From Eledone cirrhosa (taxonomy: Eukaryota): a DNA stretch of 64,000 bases. The stretch lies in the NCBI GenBank assembly GCA_964016885.1, contig OZ024744.1:125984001-126048000 (forward strand), in the 5' to 3' direction. This document shows positions 12,191 through 23,580 of this stretch, piece by piece. A program made the translations under genes and the position numbers. Every line of letters begins with the position of its first letter. Within the stretch, counting starts at the first letter, position 1. The notes beneath the pieces are model-generated. The model was not told the DNA's origin. It was given only the letters and a program-made list of their open reading frames with translations, and ran no database searches.

Positions 12191-12965
12191 GGAAATAGTA
12201 GTTTATATCCAATATGTAATATAGATATGGATTCTACAGGACTAAAACTCATTAATATGAGGGGTATTAGTAGATTATATGCCATATTTAATAGAGAAAT
12301 GGCTTCTACAAGACTAAAACTCATTAATATGAGGGGTATTACAGTTTATATGCCATATTTAATACAGAAATGGCTTCTAAAGGACTAGAACTCTTTAAAT
12401 TGAATAAAATAGTAGTATATATCCTATGTTTAATACAGAAATGCCTTCTAAAGGACTCATTAATATGAGGGTATTAGTAGATTATATAACATATTTAATA
12501 CAGAAATGGCTTTTAAATTCAGGGACTCGTTAATTTGATGGAAATAGTAGTGTCTATGCAATATTTAATACAGAAATAGCTTCTACAGGACTAAAACTAA
12601 TTAATATGAGGGGTATTAGTAGTATATGCCATATTTAATACAGAGATGGCTTCTAAATGGAGGTATCTCATTAATTCGATTGAAATGGTAGTGTATATGC
12701 AATATTTAATACAGAAATAGCTTCTACAAGAATAAAACTCATTAATATGAAGGTTATTATTACATTATATGCCATATTTAATACAGAAATCGGTTCTAAA
12801 GGACTAGAACTCTTTAATTCAAATCAAATAGTAGTATAAAGCAATATTTACTACAGAAATGGCTTCTACAAGACTAAAAATCCTTAATATGAGGGGTATT
12901 GTTAGATTATATACCATATTTAATACAGAAATGGCTTCTAAATGAAGAAATCTCTTTAATTCGAT
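12190..12965 (+). repeat. ~71-bp AT-rich minisatellite, ~11 diverged copies
   Basis: Repeated atatttaatacagaaatggcttcta...attaatatgaggggtatt. Confidence 0.85.
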
Positions 12966-13621
12966 AGTAATAGTAATAATAATAATAGTAATAGTAATAA
13001 TACAGCCAATTTTCCACGCAATACTTTTAGTTAGCACCCCGAACGCATAATTGGGAATATAATCACTTATTTCCTAATGTTTGTTGAGTGAGTTGGGAAA
13101 AAAAACTTGGGAAATATATTTTCAGGGTCTCAAAATCTTAAAGAGAAAAAAAAGTCCTGTGGAAGGTAGCAAAACAATTAGGAAGAAAATGGTTTGAAGT
13201 TGGTTGGTGAGTATAAGATTACAGTATCTTGTTGATTTCTATAAAGTTTACTTTTAACTGAATTGGTAAAAATGGATAAATTAGAAGACACAATATAATA
13301 ACTAATATTGTCTTCTAAAACAGGGAATAAAAATATGTTGGTGTATTGGGGGGGGGGGGGGGTAAACATGTGAGTTAATGGGAATGTTTTTGTTTGTTTT
13401 TATTGAAACATATTCAATCTACAGATAGGTTGTTATAGTTATTTAGTCTCGGGTCTGCCATTATCTGCAGATTTATAATTGAGGGGTGTTCCAGGTGTGA
13501 CCACCCTACATTATTCCTAGAGATTGTTACTCCTTCATTCTTCAGTCATCTTGGTCTTCTTATGAGATGGTGGTGTAGTCTTATTTATTGTTAAGGTTAT
13601 GGTCTTCCTTTGTCCACACTC

Positions 13622-13659
<38 letters not shown>

Positions 13660-13899
13660 AAAGGCTTCCTTCTCTGGAAAAAGATGATTTAATATTCACA
13701 ACCATCTGTCTAATTGTTTTCTGATGAGAATAAAGTTAATCTTGCTTGTATGTCTACCTGATCAAATGACTGGCTGATATCTTGAAGTCATTTACACCAC
13801 AGAACTGTAGGAGTCTTGATCCCTCAAGCCATACCTCTAGCCATCATGTACTCCAAAAGAGTCTCACCTTGGTGCTACTCAACATGTCCATTAAATTTA

Positions 13900-14690
13900 G
13901 CAGCAAGGATGCCCTCTTCTTAGTGAGAGACAACTACAAGAGAGGTTCTTAGAGAAGAATAAGCCACTATAGTTAACTTTTGTTGACATAGAGAACCCCG
14001 ATCTGTCATCTGGTGGTCCTTAAGGAAACTAGGTGTAGGGGAATGGCTTGTGAGGACAGTGCAAGCTATGTACAAGGGTGCTGTCAGTAAAGTGAGAGGA
14101 GGAATTCCAGAAACAAAGTAGGTGTACATCAGGGTTCGGTCCTCAGTCCGCTCTTGTTCATTATAGTCCTCCCTCCCTCCCTCCCTCCCTCCCTCCAAGC
14201 CATAACAGAGGAGGAGTAGTTTAAGACTGGATGCCCATGGGAACTTCTCTATGCTGACGATCTGGTTCTTATAGCAGAATCAGTAGAGGAGCTAGCTAGA
14301 GAATAAATTCTGGCTATGGAAACAGCAGTAGTTGGAATCAAGAAGACTGAGAGTGAACCTAGCTAAGACAAAAGTGTTTATAAGTAGAAGAGAGGACAAA
14401 ACTCTGATTCTGTCAGGGAAATGGCCATGTTCGATATGTAGGAAAGGAGTTGGCATAAATTCTATGAAATGTAGTACGCAATGCAGATCTTGGCTACACA
14501 AGAGATGTAGTGGGATAGCAGGAAAACTGACTGACAGGTAGGGAGAAATACGTATGCAGTAGATGTACAGGGAAATTTGACAGAGATTGCAGTGATAGAC
14601 ACATTTTTCAAATGCAGGTGGGATCTATAGAGGGAGTTGATAGCTTCTGATACCTAGGTGATCAGATTAGTAAGGGAGGAGGGTGATATA
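13900..14690 (+). mobile_element. RTE-clade LINE RT fragment (decayed)
   Basis: ccatgggaacttctctatgctgacgatctg (PWELLYADDL) at ~14235, followed by LRVNLAKTK...GKWPCSICRKGVG. Confidence 0.85.
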
Positions 14691-15214
14691 AAATATATTG
14701 TTATCATGACTGTCTTTATTATTTAAATTACCTCTGTCTATTTACAGATTTTACAGAGTGTACTGGGTGCTTTTATGATGGGAGCAGCAACTCTATACGA
14801 TTTTACAGAGTGTACTTGGTGCTTTTATCATGGCACATGGCAGCAGCAGCAGCAGCAACTACGATTTTACAGAGTGTACTTGGTGCTTTTTACTCTGACA
14901 TCAGCACTGAGGAAGTTGTCATATTTTCAGCTAAATTAATGAGTAGAAAAACCAAGTTTCTGCTACAAAAAATTCTCAGATTCAAGGGAGACATTCAGTT
15001 TAAGTATGGTATACTGTCACTAAGGCAGCAAATTGGCAGAGTCGCTAGAATATCAGATAGCATTCTTTACATTATTTGTTTCAGCTCTCTGTTCTCTCAA
15101 TTCAAATCCTGCTCAGGTCAACTTTGCCTTTCATCCATACAAAATAGATTAATAAAAGTACCAGTGTATTACTGGGGTCAATTCTTCTTCTAACTCTTCT
15201 GCACTTCCATTCTC

Positions 15215-15257
<43 letters not shown>

Positions 15258-15499
15258 GCTTCTTTAGAACACATCTGCTGTATTCAGACCTGGAGCGGAG
15301 ATGGGCTCCACCAAGTTTTAAAAATTGCCCTTTAAGCGCTGTATGTCAATATGGTGCCCCTATGATTCCCTCCCTCAGGAGTTATGGGACCATAGATACT
15401 GTCAATTGTAAAGAATAACAGAGATATTCAGTGCTAGTGTGGTGTTCTGTCAGTTGTGGAGATTGATGAATCTAAACAGAAATATCAACAGCACTTTTC

Positions 15500-15680
15500 A
15501 TTTCTGAGTAACACATTTGTTACCAAGTGCTGCATGGCTGGAATGAAAATCAGTGCTGTGAAAACCAAGACATTCATCCTCTCAAGGAAGCTTGTGCAGT
15601 GCACTCTACATGTAAATGGAGTCCCACTGAAGCAGGTAGAAAAGTTCATGTATCTCGAAGCTGTGTTCACGAGTGATGAC
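15500..15680 (+). mobile_element. LINE RT C-terminal fragment (RTE-like)
   Basis: GMKISAVKTK...VNGVPLKQVEKFMYL resembles the GL.IS..KTK...VE.F.YLG thumb region. Confidence 0.55.
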
Positions 15681-15817
15681 AGAGACGGCAAAGGCACAAC
15701 ACACAACAGAAGAAAAGAACAATGACAATTATTATTATTATTATTATTATTATTTGTTTTATTAGTTTTATTATAATAAAAATTGTGCTGTTAGTTTGCT
15801 TGCTATACCATCATGTA

Positions 15818-15910
15818 CCCTAACCCTAAACCTAACCCCAACTCCAACTCTGACCCTAAACCTAACCCCAACCCCAACCCCAACCCTAACCCTAACCCTA
15901 ACCCTAACCC
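15818..15910 (-). repeat. Interstitial telomere-like (TTAGGG)n tract, degenerate distally and perfect proximally
   Basis: ccctaa/ccccaa/cctaa units ending in perfect ccctaaccctaaccctaaccctaaccc abutting the 172-bp array. Confidence 0.85.
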
Positions 15911-16836
15911 ACGATAGAAGACGTTCGTTACCGCTGGAGCAACGCAAATTACTCCTCGGTTGACGCCAAAAACGAACGCCTTCTCGACGGCTAGCCGCAT
16001 TTCGTGATCCGCCTTTCGATTGCGCTTCCGTCGCGGAAAAAGAATTGCCTTTATAGGCCGCCGCCGCCCGACCGGACCCACGATAGAAGACGTTCGTTAC
16101 CGCTGGAGCAACGCAAATTACTCCTCGGTTGACGCCAAAAACGAACGCCTTCTCGACGGCTAGCCGCATTTCGTGATCCGCCTTTCGATTGCGCTTCCGT
16201 CGCGGAAAAAGAATTGCCTTTATAGGCCGCCGCCGCCGCCCGACCGGACCCACGATAGAAGACGTTCGTTACCGCTGGAGCAACGCAAATTACTCCTCGG
16301 TTGACGCCAAAAACGAACGCCTTCTCGACGGCTAGCCGCATTTCGTGATCCGCCTTTCGATTGCGCTTCCGTCGCGGAAAAAGAATTGCCTTTATAGGCC
16401 GCCGCCGCCGCCCGACCGGACCCACGATAGAAGACGTTCGTTACCGCTGGAGCAACGCAAATTACTCCTCGGTTGACGCCAAAAACGAACGCCTTCTCGA
16501 CGGCTAGCCGCATTTCGTGATCCGCCTTTCGATTGCGCTTCCGTCGCGGAAAAAGAATTGCCTTTATAGGCCGCCTCCGCCGCCCGACCGGACCCACGAT
16601 AGAAGACGTTCGTTACCGCTGGAGCAACGCAAATTACTCCTCGGTTGACGCCAAAAACGAACGCCTTCTCGACGGCTAGCCGCATTTCGTGATCCGCCTT
16701 TCGATTGCGCTTCCGTCGCGGAAAAAGAATTGCCTTTATAGGCCGCCGCCGCCCGACCGGACCCACGATAGAAGACGTTCGTTACCGCTGGAGCAACGCA
16801 AATTACTCCTCGGTTGACGCCAAAAACGAACGCCTT
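15911..16836 (+). repeat. 169/172-bp GC-rich tandem repeat (5 full copies plus a partial), rDNA spacer/ETS-type subrepeat
   Basis: Unit starts acgatagaag at 15911, 16080, 16252, 16424, 16596 and 16765; units differ in (GCC)n length; lies ~360 bp upstream of the 18S 5' end. Confidence 0.9.
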
Positions 16837-17194
16837 CCGGTTCGGGCGACGTAAAAGTCTGTAGCCTTTTCGCCGATCCTCGACGATTATCCGCCTTCCG
16901 AACAACCGCCTTTCCGCCGTCACAGCAGTAGGTACTCGTCCGTCGTAATAGCCGTCATTTTAATGCAGGAGAAACGCCTAAATGCACTGCGATTGACGAC
17001 GATCTACGACGCGCTTACTCTTCCTTGCTGCGACGAAGGTTTCGTTCGGCTTTTCGTCGTGGACCCGGTCAGGTCATGCCGCTGATCTCGCGTTGCGTCG
17101 TTACCGCTGGAGCAACGCAAATTACTCCTCGTTTAACGCCAACATCGAACGCGCTTCGGTTCTCGGTCGTCGTTGTTTTGTTTCGTGCGGAAGA
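16837..17194 (+). other. 5' ETS-like leader
   Basis: GC/CpG-rich sequence immediately 5' of the 18S start; assignment is positional. Confidence 0.6.
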
Positions 17195-17380
17195 TACCTG
17201 GGTGATCCTGCCAGTAGTCATATGCTTGTCTCAAAGCTTAAGCCATGCAAGTGGAAGTTCATGCCGTAAACGAAAATGGTGAAACCGCGAATGGCTCAGG
17301 AACCGGATCTAATCCTCGGGACCGTATTCCTCACCGCGAGGAGAGGATAACTGTGGCAATTCTAGAGCTAATACATGCAA
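17195..17380 (+). pseudogene. 18S rRNA 5' end fragment
   Basis: TACCTGGgTGATCCTGCCAGTAGTCATATGCTTGTCTCAAAGcTTAAGCCATGCA...GGTGAAACCGCGAATGGCTCA...GGATAACTGTGGCAATTCTAGAGCTAATACATGC matches the conserved eukaryotic SSU start. Colinearity is lost after ~185 nt. Confidence 0.95.
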
Positions 17381-17384
17381 TTGA

Positions 17385-20300
17385 GATCGGAGAGGGAGCG
17401 ATCCGTCTGCTTGATTCCGATAACGAACGAGACATTCGTATCCGAAAGAACGTTTGTCTGGAAACTGGTGCAGTCAGTGAGTCGAAAAAAAAATATCTCG
17501 GTGGTAGTAGCAAATATTCGAACGAGACATTCGTATGCGAAAGAAAAATATCTCGGTGGTAGTAGCAAATATTCGAACGAGACATTCGTATGCGAAAGAA
17601 CGTTTGTCTGGAAGTGGCGATCCATGCCCGGTGGATAGTTGGTTCCGGGTTTTACTATGATTGTTGCAAAACAGAAACTTAAAGGGATTGACAGAATTTG
17701 CGATTCCGGAGAGAGGGCGATCCGTCTGCTTGATTCCGATAACGAACGAGACATTCGTATCCGAAAGAACGTTTGTCTGGAAACTGGTGAGTCAGTGAGT
17801 CGAAAAAAAAATATCTCGGTGGTAGTAGCAAATATTCGTATGCGAAAGAAAAGATCTCGGTGGTAGTAGCAAATATTCGAACGAGACATTCGTAGGCGAA
17901 AGAAAAATATCTCGGTGGTAGTAGCAAATATTCGAACGAGACATTCGTATGCGAAAGAACGTTTGTCGGTGGTTGTAGCAAATATTCGAACGAGACATTC
18001 GTATGCGAAAGAACGTTTGTCTGGAAGTGGCGATCCATGCCCGGTGGATAGTTGGTTCCGGGTTTTACTATGATTGTTGCAAAACAGAAACTTAAAGGGA
18101 TTGACAGAATTTGCGATTACGGAGAGGGGGCGATCCGTCTGCTTGATTCCGATAACGAACGAGACATTCGTATCCGAAAGAACGTTTGTCTGGAAACTGG
18201 TGAGTCAGTGAGTCGAAAAAAAAATATCTCGGTGGTAGTAGCAAATATTCGAACGAGACATTCGTATGCGAAAGAACGTTTGTCGGTGGTAGTAGCAAAT
18301 ATTCGAACGAGACATTCGTATGCGAAAGAACGTTTGTCTGGAAGTGGCGATCCATGCCCGGTGGATAGTTGGTTCCGGGTTTTACTATGATTGTTGCAAA
18401 ACAGAAACTTAAAGGGATTGACAGAATTTGCGATTACGGAGAGGGGGCGATCCGTCTGCTTGATTCCGATAACGAACGAGACATTCGTATCCGAAAGAAC
18501 GTTTGTCTGGAAACTGGTGAGTCAGTGAGTCGAAAAAAAAATATCTCGGTGGTAGTAGCAAATATTCGTATGCGAAAGAAAAGATCTCGGTGGTAGTAGC
18601 AAATATTCGAACGAGACATTCGTAGGCGAAAGAAAAATATCTCGGTGGTAGTAGCAAATATTCGAACGAGACATTCGTATGCGAAAGAACGTTTGTCGGT
18701 GGTAGTAGCAAATATTCGAACGAGACATTCGTATGCGAAAGAACGTTTGTCGGTGGTAGTAGCAAATATTCGAACGAGACATTCGTATGCGAAAGAACGT
18801 TTGTCTGGAAGTGGCGATCCATGCCCGGTGGATAGTTGGTTCCGGGTTTTACTATGATTGTTGCAAAACAAAAACTTAAAGGGATTGACAGAATTTGCGA
18901 TTCCGGAGAGAGGGCGATCCGTCTGCTTGATTCCGATAACGAACGAGACATTCGTATCCGAAAGAACGTTTGTCTGGAAACTGGTGAGTCAGTGAGTCGA
19001 AAAAAAAATATCTCGGTGGTAGTAGCAAATATTCGAACGAGACATTCGTATGCGAAAGAACGTTTGTCGGTGGTAGTAGCAAATATTCGAACGAGACATT
19101 CGTATGCGAAAGAACGTTTGTCTGGAAGTGGCGATCCATGCCCGGTGGATAGTTGGTTCCGGGTTTTACTATGATTGTTGCAAAACAGAAACTTAAAGGG
19201 ATTGACAGAATTTGCGATTCCGGAGAGAGGGCGATCCGTCTGCTTGATTCCGATAACGAACGAGACATTCGTATCCGAAAGAACGTTTGTCTGGAAACTG
19301 GTGAGTCAGTGAGTCGAAAAAAAAATATCTCGGTGGTAGTAGCAAATATTCGAACGAGACATTCGTATGCGAAAGAACGTTTGTCGGTGGTAGTAGCAAA
19401 TATTCGAACGAGACATTCGTATGCGAAAGAACGTTTGTCGGTGGTAGTAGCAAATATTCGAACGAGACATTCGTATGCGAAAGAACGTTTGTCTGGAAAC
19501 TGGTGAGTCAGTGAGTCGAAAAAAAAATATCTCGGTGGTAGTAGCAAATATTCGAACGAGACATTCGTATGCGAAAGAAAAATATCTCGGTGGTAGTAGC
19601 AAATATTCGAACGAGACATTCGTATGCGAAAGAACGTTTGTCTGGAAGTGGCGATCCATGCCCGGTGGATAGTTGGTTCCGGGTTTTACTATGATTGTTG
19701 CAAAACAGAAACTTAAAGGGATTGACAGAATTTGCGATTCCGGAGAGGGGGCGATCCGTCTGCTTGATTCCGATAACGAACGAGACATTCGTATCCGAAA
19801 GAACGTTTGTCTGGAAACTGGTGAGTCAGTGAGTCGAAAAAAAAAATATCTCGGTGGTAGTAGCAAATATTCGAACGAGACATTCGTATGCGAAAGAACG
19901 TTTGTCGGTGGTAGTAGCAAATATTCGAACGAGACATTCGTATGCGAAAGAACGTTTGTCGGTGGTAGTAGCAAATATTCGAACGAGACATTCGTATGCG
20001 AAAGAACGTTTGTCTGGAAGTGGCGATCCATGCCCGGTGGATAGTTGGTTCCGGGTTTTACTATGATTGTTGCAAAACAGAAACTTAAAGGGATTGACAG
20101 AATTTGCGATTCCGGAGAGAGGGCGATCCGTCTGCTTGATTCCGATAACGAACGAGACATTCGTATCCGAAAGAACGTTTGTCTGGAAACTGGTGAGTCA
20201 GTGAGTCGAAAAAAAAATATCTCGGTGGTAGTAGCAAATATTCGAACGAGACATTCGTATGCGAAAGAAAAATATCTCGGTGGTAGTAGCAAATATTCGA

Positions 20301-21775
20301 ACGAGACATTCGTATGCGAAAGAACGTTTGTCTGGAAGTGGCGATCCATGCCCGGTGGATAGTTGGTTCCGGGTTTTACTATGATTGTTGCAAAACAGAA
20401 ACTTAAAGGGATTGACAGAATTTGCCATTCCGGAGAGGGGGCGATCCGTCTGCTTGATTCCGATAACGAACGAGACATTCGTATCCGAAAGAACGTTTGT
20501 CTGGAAACTGGTGAGTCAGTGAGTCGAAAAAAAAATATCTCGGTGGTAGTAGCAAATATTCGTATGCGTAAGAAAAGATCTCGGTGGTAGTAGCAAATAT
20601 TCGAACGAGACATTCGTATTCGAAAGAACGTTTGTCTGGAAGTTGCGATCCATGCCCGGTGGATAGTTGGTTCCGGGCTTTACTATGATTGTTGCAAAAC
20701 AGAAACTTAAAGGGATTGACAGAATTTGCGATTCCGGAGAGGGGGCGATCCGTCTGCTTGATTTCGATAACGAACGAGACATTCGTATCCGAAAGAACGT
20801 TTGTCTGGAAACTGGTGAGTCAGTGAGTCGAAAAAAAAAATATCTCGGTGGTAGTAGCAAATATTCGAACGAGACATTCGTATGCGAAAGAACGTTTGTC
20901 GGTGGTAGTAGCAAATATTCGAACGAGACATTCGTATGCGAAAGAACGTTTGTCGGTGGTAGTAGCAAATATTCGAACGAGACATTCGTATGCGAAAGAA
21001 CGTTTGTCTGGAAGTGGCGATCCATGCCCGGTGGATAGTTGGTTCCGGGTTTTACTATGATTGTTGCAAAACAGAAACTTAAAGGGATTGACAGAATTTG
21101 CGATTCCAGAGAGAGGGCGATCCGTCTGCTTGATTCCGATAACGAACGAGACATTCGTATCCGAAAGAACGTTTGTCTGGAAACTGGTGAATCAGTGAGT
21201 CGAAAAAAAAATATCTCGGTGGTAGTAGCAAATATTCGAACGAGACATTCGTATGCGAAAGAACGTTTGTCGGTGGTAGTAGCAAATATTCGAACGAGAC
21301 ATTCGTATGCGAAAGAACGTTTGTCTGGAAGTGGCGATCCATGCCCGGTGGATAGTTGGTTCCGGGTTTTACTATGATTGTTGCAAAACAAAAACTTAAA
21401 GGGATTGACAGAATTTGCGATTCCGGAGAGGGGGCGATCCGTCTGCTTGATTCCGATAACGAACGAGACATTCGTATCCGAAAGAACGTTTGTCTGGAAA
21501 CTGGTGAGTCAGTGAGTCGAAAAAAAAATATCTCGGTGGTAGTAGCAAATATTCGTATGCGAAAGAAAAGATCTCGGTGGTAGTAGCAAATATTCGAACG
21601 AGACATTCGTATGCGAAAGAAAAATATCTCGGTGGTAGTAGCAAATATTCGAACGAGACATTCGTATTCGAAAGAACGTTTGTCTGGAAGTTGCGATCCA
21701 TGCCCGGTGGATAGTTGGTTCCGGGCTTTACTATGATTGTTGCAAAACAGAAACTTAAAGGAATTGACAGAATTT
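17385..21775 (+). repeat. rRNA-mosaic satellite: ~12 units of ~300-520 bp with a variable number of internal 54/55-bp subrepeats
   Basis: Units contain 18S motifs (cgattccggagag, ttccgataacgaacgagac, gaaacttaaagg(g/a)attgac) and the 28S motif atctcggtggtagtagcaaatattcgaacgaga. Unit markers at 17639, 18052, 18369, 18836, 19153, 19673, 20045, 20363, 20667, 21039, 21356 and ~21715. Confidence 0.92.
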
Positions 21776-21789
21776 TCGAATCGACATCA

Positions 21790-22165
21790 ACTCGGCTACG
21801 GCTATCCCGTCGAGTACGAGAGTATCGCGGGATCAGAGCAACGGTTTGCTAGGCTGCCTCTGAGCGATAACGGCTGAACGCCTCCTCTAAGCCGGAACCC
21901 TAGCCGGACCCGAGTTGTTTTTCGACAAGCGTCTCGACCTTCTTAAGGCCCATGCCTTAGTTTGGCGATTGCCGTCCGTTCGCCGACGGCGGCAGCGTCA
22001 GCGGAAATGCCATTCTGTGACGACTACGACGATTCGTCGTCGTCGTCGTCCATTCGATTTCCTGAAAGAGATAGAGACTAAAGTGATCAAATTGTTCGGA
22101 GTTACGTGCTTAGTAGAGCAGCTACCACACTGCAATCTATTGAGAGTTTTCTGACGAACGATACA
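21790..22165 (+). pseudogene. 28S rRNA 3' end fragment, including a sarcin-ricin-loop-like hairpin
   Basis: AGTACGAGAG in a paired stem at 21804-21833; ggctgaacgcct(cct)ctaagcc at ~21872; tagtagagcagctacc...ctgcaatctattgaga at 22111-22146, like the LSU 3' terminal helix. Confidence 0.85.
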
Positions 22166-22545
22166 ATCCGCCCACGTGGCGCCAGAAAGGGAGAAGAAAA
22201 GAAAAGTTAGACGCCGCCGATCGATCGGTTCGTTGTTTTACGTGTACACAGCTTGTGTGTGTGTCTGTATGTGATACAAGCCGCCTATCCGTCTTCCAAG
22301 TAAGTTTTGTGTGTAGACTGCGGAAAGAAATCCAATCCGCCGTCTAGGCGGTTCTGCCGCCGACCCATACTTTTGCGAGTCGCTCCCGGGAAAGACAGGC
22401 GGCAAGACGGCGTGTATACACGACGCCTTCCGTCTTCCGCCTCGAACCCGGGCAAACGTTCCTTTATTCGTCCACGCCTTCCCGCTTCGATCGCGAGAAA
22501 GTAATCAATCTGTTTTGTGTGTGTGTCTGTGTGTGATACAAATTT
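22165..22545 (+). other. 3' ETS/spacer-like GC-rich segment
   Basis: CpG-rich sequence directly downstream of the 28S 3' end, with duplicated tgtgtgtgtgtctgt.tgtgatacaa (~22254, ~22516). Positional assignment. Confidence 0.45.
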
Positions 22546-22699
22546 GTTTTCTTAATTTGATAACCATGAATTGTTTCAACACCGGCCCTTTTAAGGGCCA
22601 CTTATATTTTCAATAATCAGTTTAAATGGGTTGCACCGTAGCCACTTGGTAATACACTGCAAATCTCCCGTCAATCTATGAAGGTTTTGTAGTAGATTA

Positions 22700-23025
22700 G
22701 ATCAAAACACAATCAGCAAGACAGTAATGGAATGAATAATATAAACATTTGTTTATAATTAAAGCCTTAAGATGTCCCTCCCTCCCTCCCTTCCTCCCTT
22801 CCTTCCTTCCTTCCTTCCTTCCTTACGATATACACTTTAATAACATTGAAACTTATTTAATAAGTTTAAATTTTAAACACTTTTTATTCAGACGTACCGC
22901 GATAAGTAACTAGATATGTTCTAACGAATAATCCGCGATGTGGCGAGGATTACCGCGATAGGAAATTAGATACGTTCCAAAGAAATATCCGCGAAAAGTG
23001 AACCGCGATATAGCGGGTTCACCAG
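22700..23025. mobile_element. Possible Tigger/pogo-like MITE remnant
   Basis: Repeated ccgcga(t/a) motifs ending in gaaccgcgatatagcg, reminiscent of Tigger-type ends. No partner TIR found. Confidence 0.3.
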
Positions 23026-23580
23026 CCAGTGTATTACTGGTACTTTATTTTATCGACCCCCATAAGGATGAAAGGCAAAGTTAACTGTGCAATAACAAAG
23101 GGAGATAACCTCGTCTTTTTTTTTTTACGGAGTTATTTCCCTTTAAATTTTATCTATTACTTATGATGATACAATTTAATCAGTTCTTAGCTGTCGAGAC
23201 ACTGCATCCTTTAAAACCTCCATGGAACAAGCTACCTGCAACAGTTGTTAGCTGTCGAGACACTGCATCTTTTAAAACCTCCATGGAACAAACTACCTGC
23301 ATCAGTTGTTAGGGTCTGAGTTCAAATCACGCCGAGGAGGTTAACTTTGCCTTTCATCCTTACGGGGTCGGTCGGAAAACGAACCATTCCCGGTTCGCTT
23401 TCGAAGCGGGTTTCCGAAAACAGCGCTTCTCTCGACCGGGCCCGTCGTCCGCTCGGCGGTGGTTTTCATCGTCCCAGGCACGGCTAACAGGCGGAGACGG
23501 GACAAACGCGCGTGTTCCTTTTTTTATCAGCCGCAGCGCCGTTCGTATATATGCTTAGGTTGTTTTTTTTTTAAATATCC

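Noticed and set aside
15818-15910. True chromosome telomere
   Set aside because: Short, partly degenerate, interstitial, and repeated in each unit.
15771-16923. Arg-rich ORFs (MGPVGRRR...)
   Set aside because: Antisense translations of the GC-rich 169/172-bp repeat.
19306-20613. 435-aa and similar ORFs in the rRNA-mosaic satellite
   Set aside because: Open frames arise from stop-poor repeats on both strands, shift frame with A-run length, and show no protein motif.
17385-21775. CRISPR-like array (54-bp repeats)
   Set aside because: No unique spacers and no cas genes; the repeats derive from eukaryotic rRNA.
17195-22165. Functional 45S rRNA gene
   Set aside because: Only the 18S start and 28S end are colinear; the interior is a satellite, no 5.8S was found, and normally invariant positions are changed.
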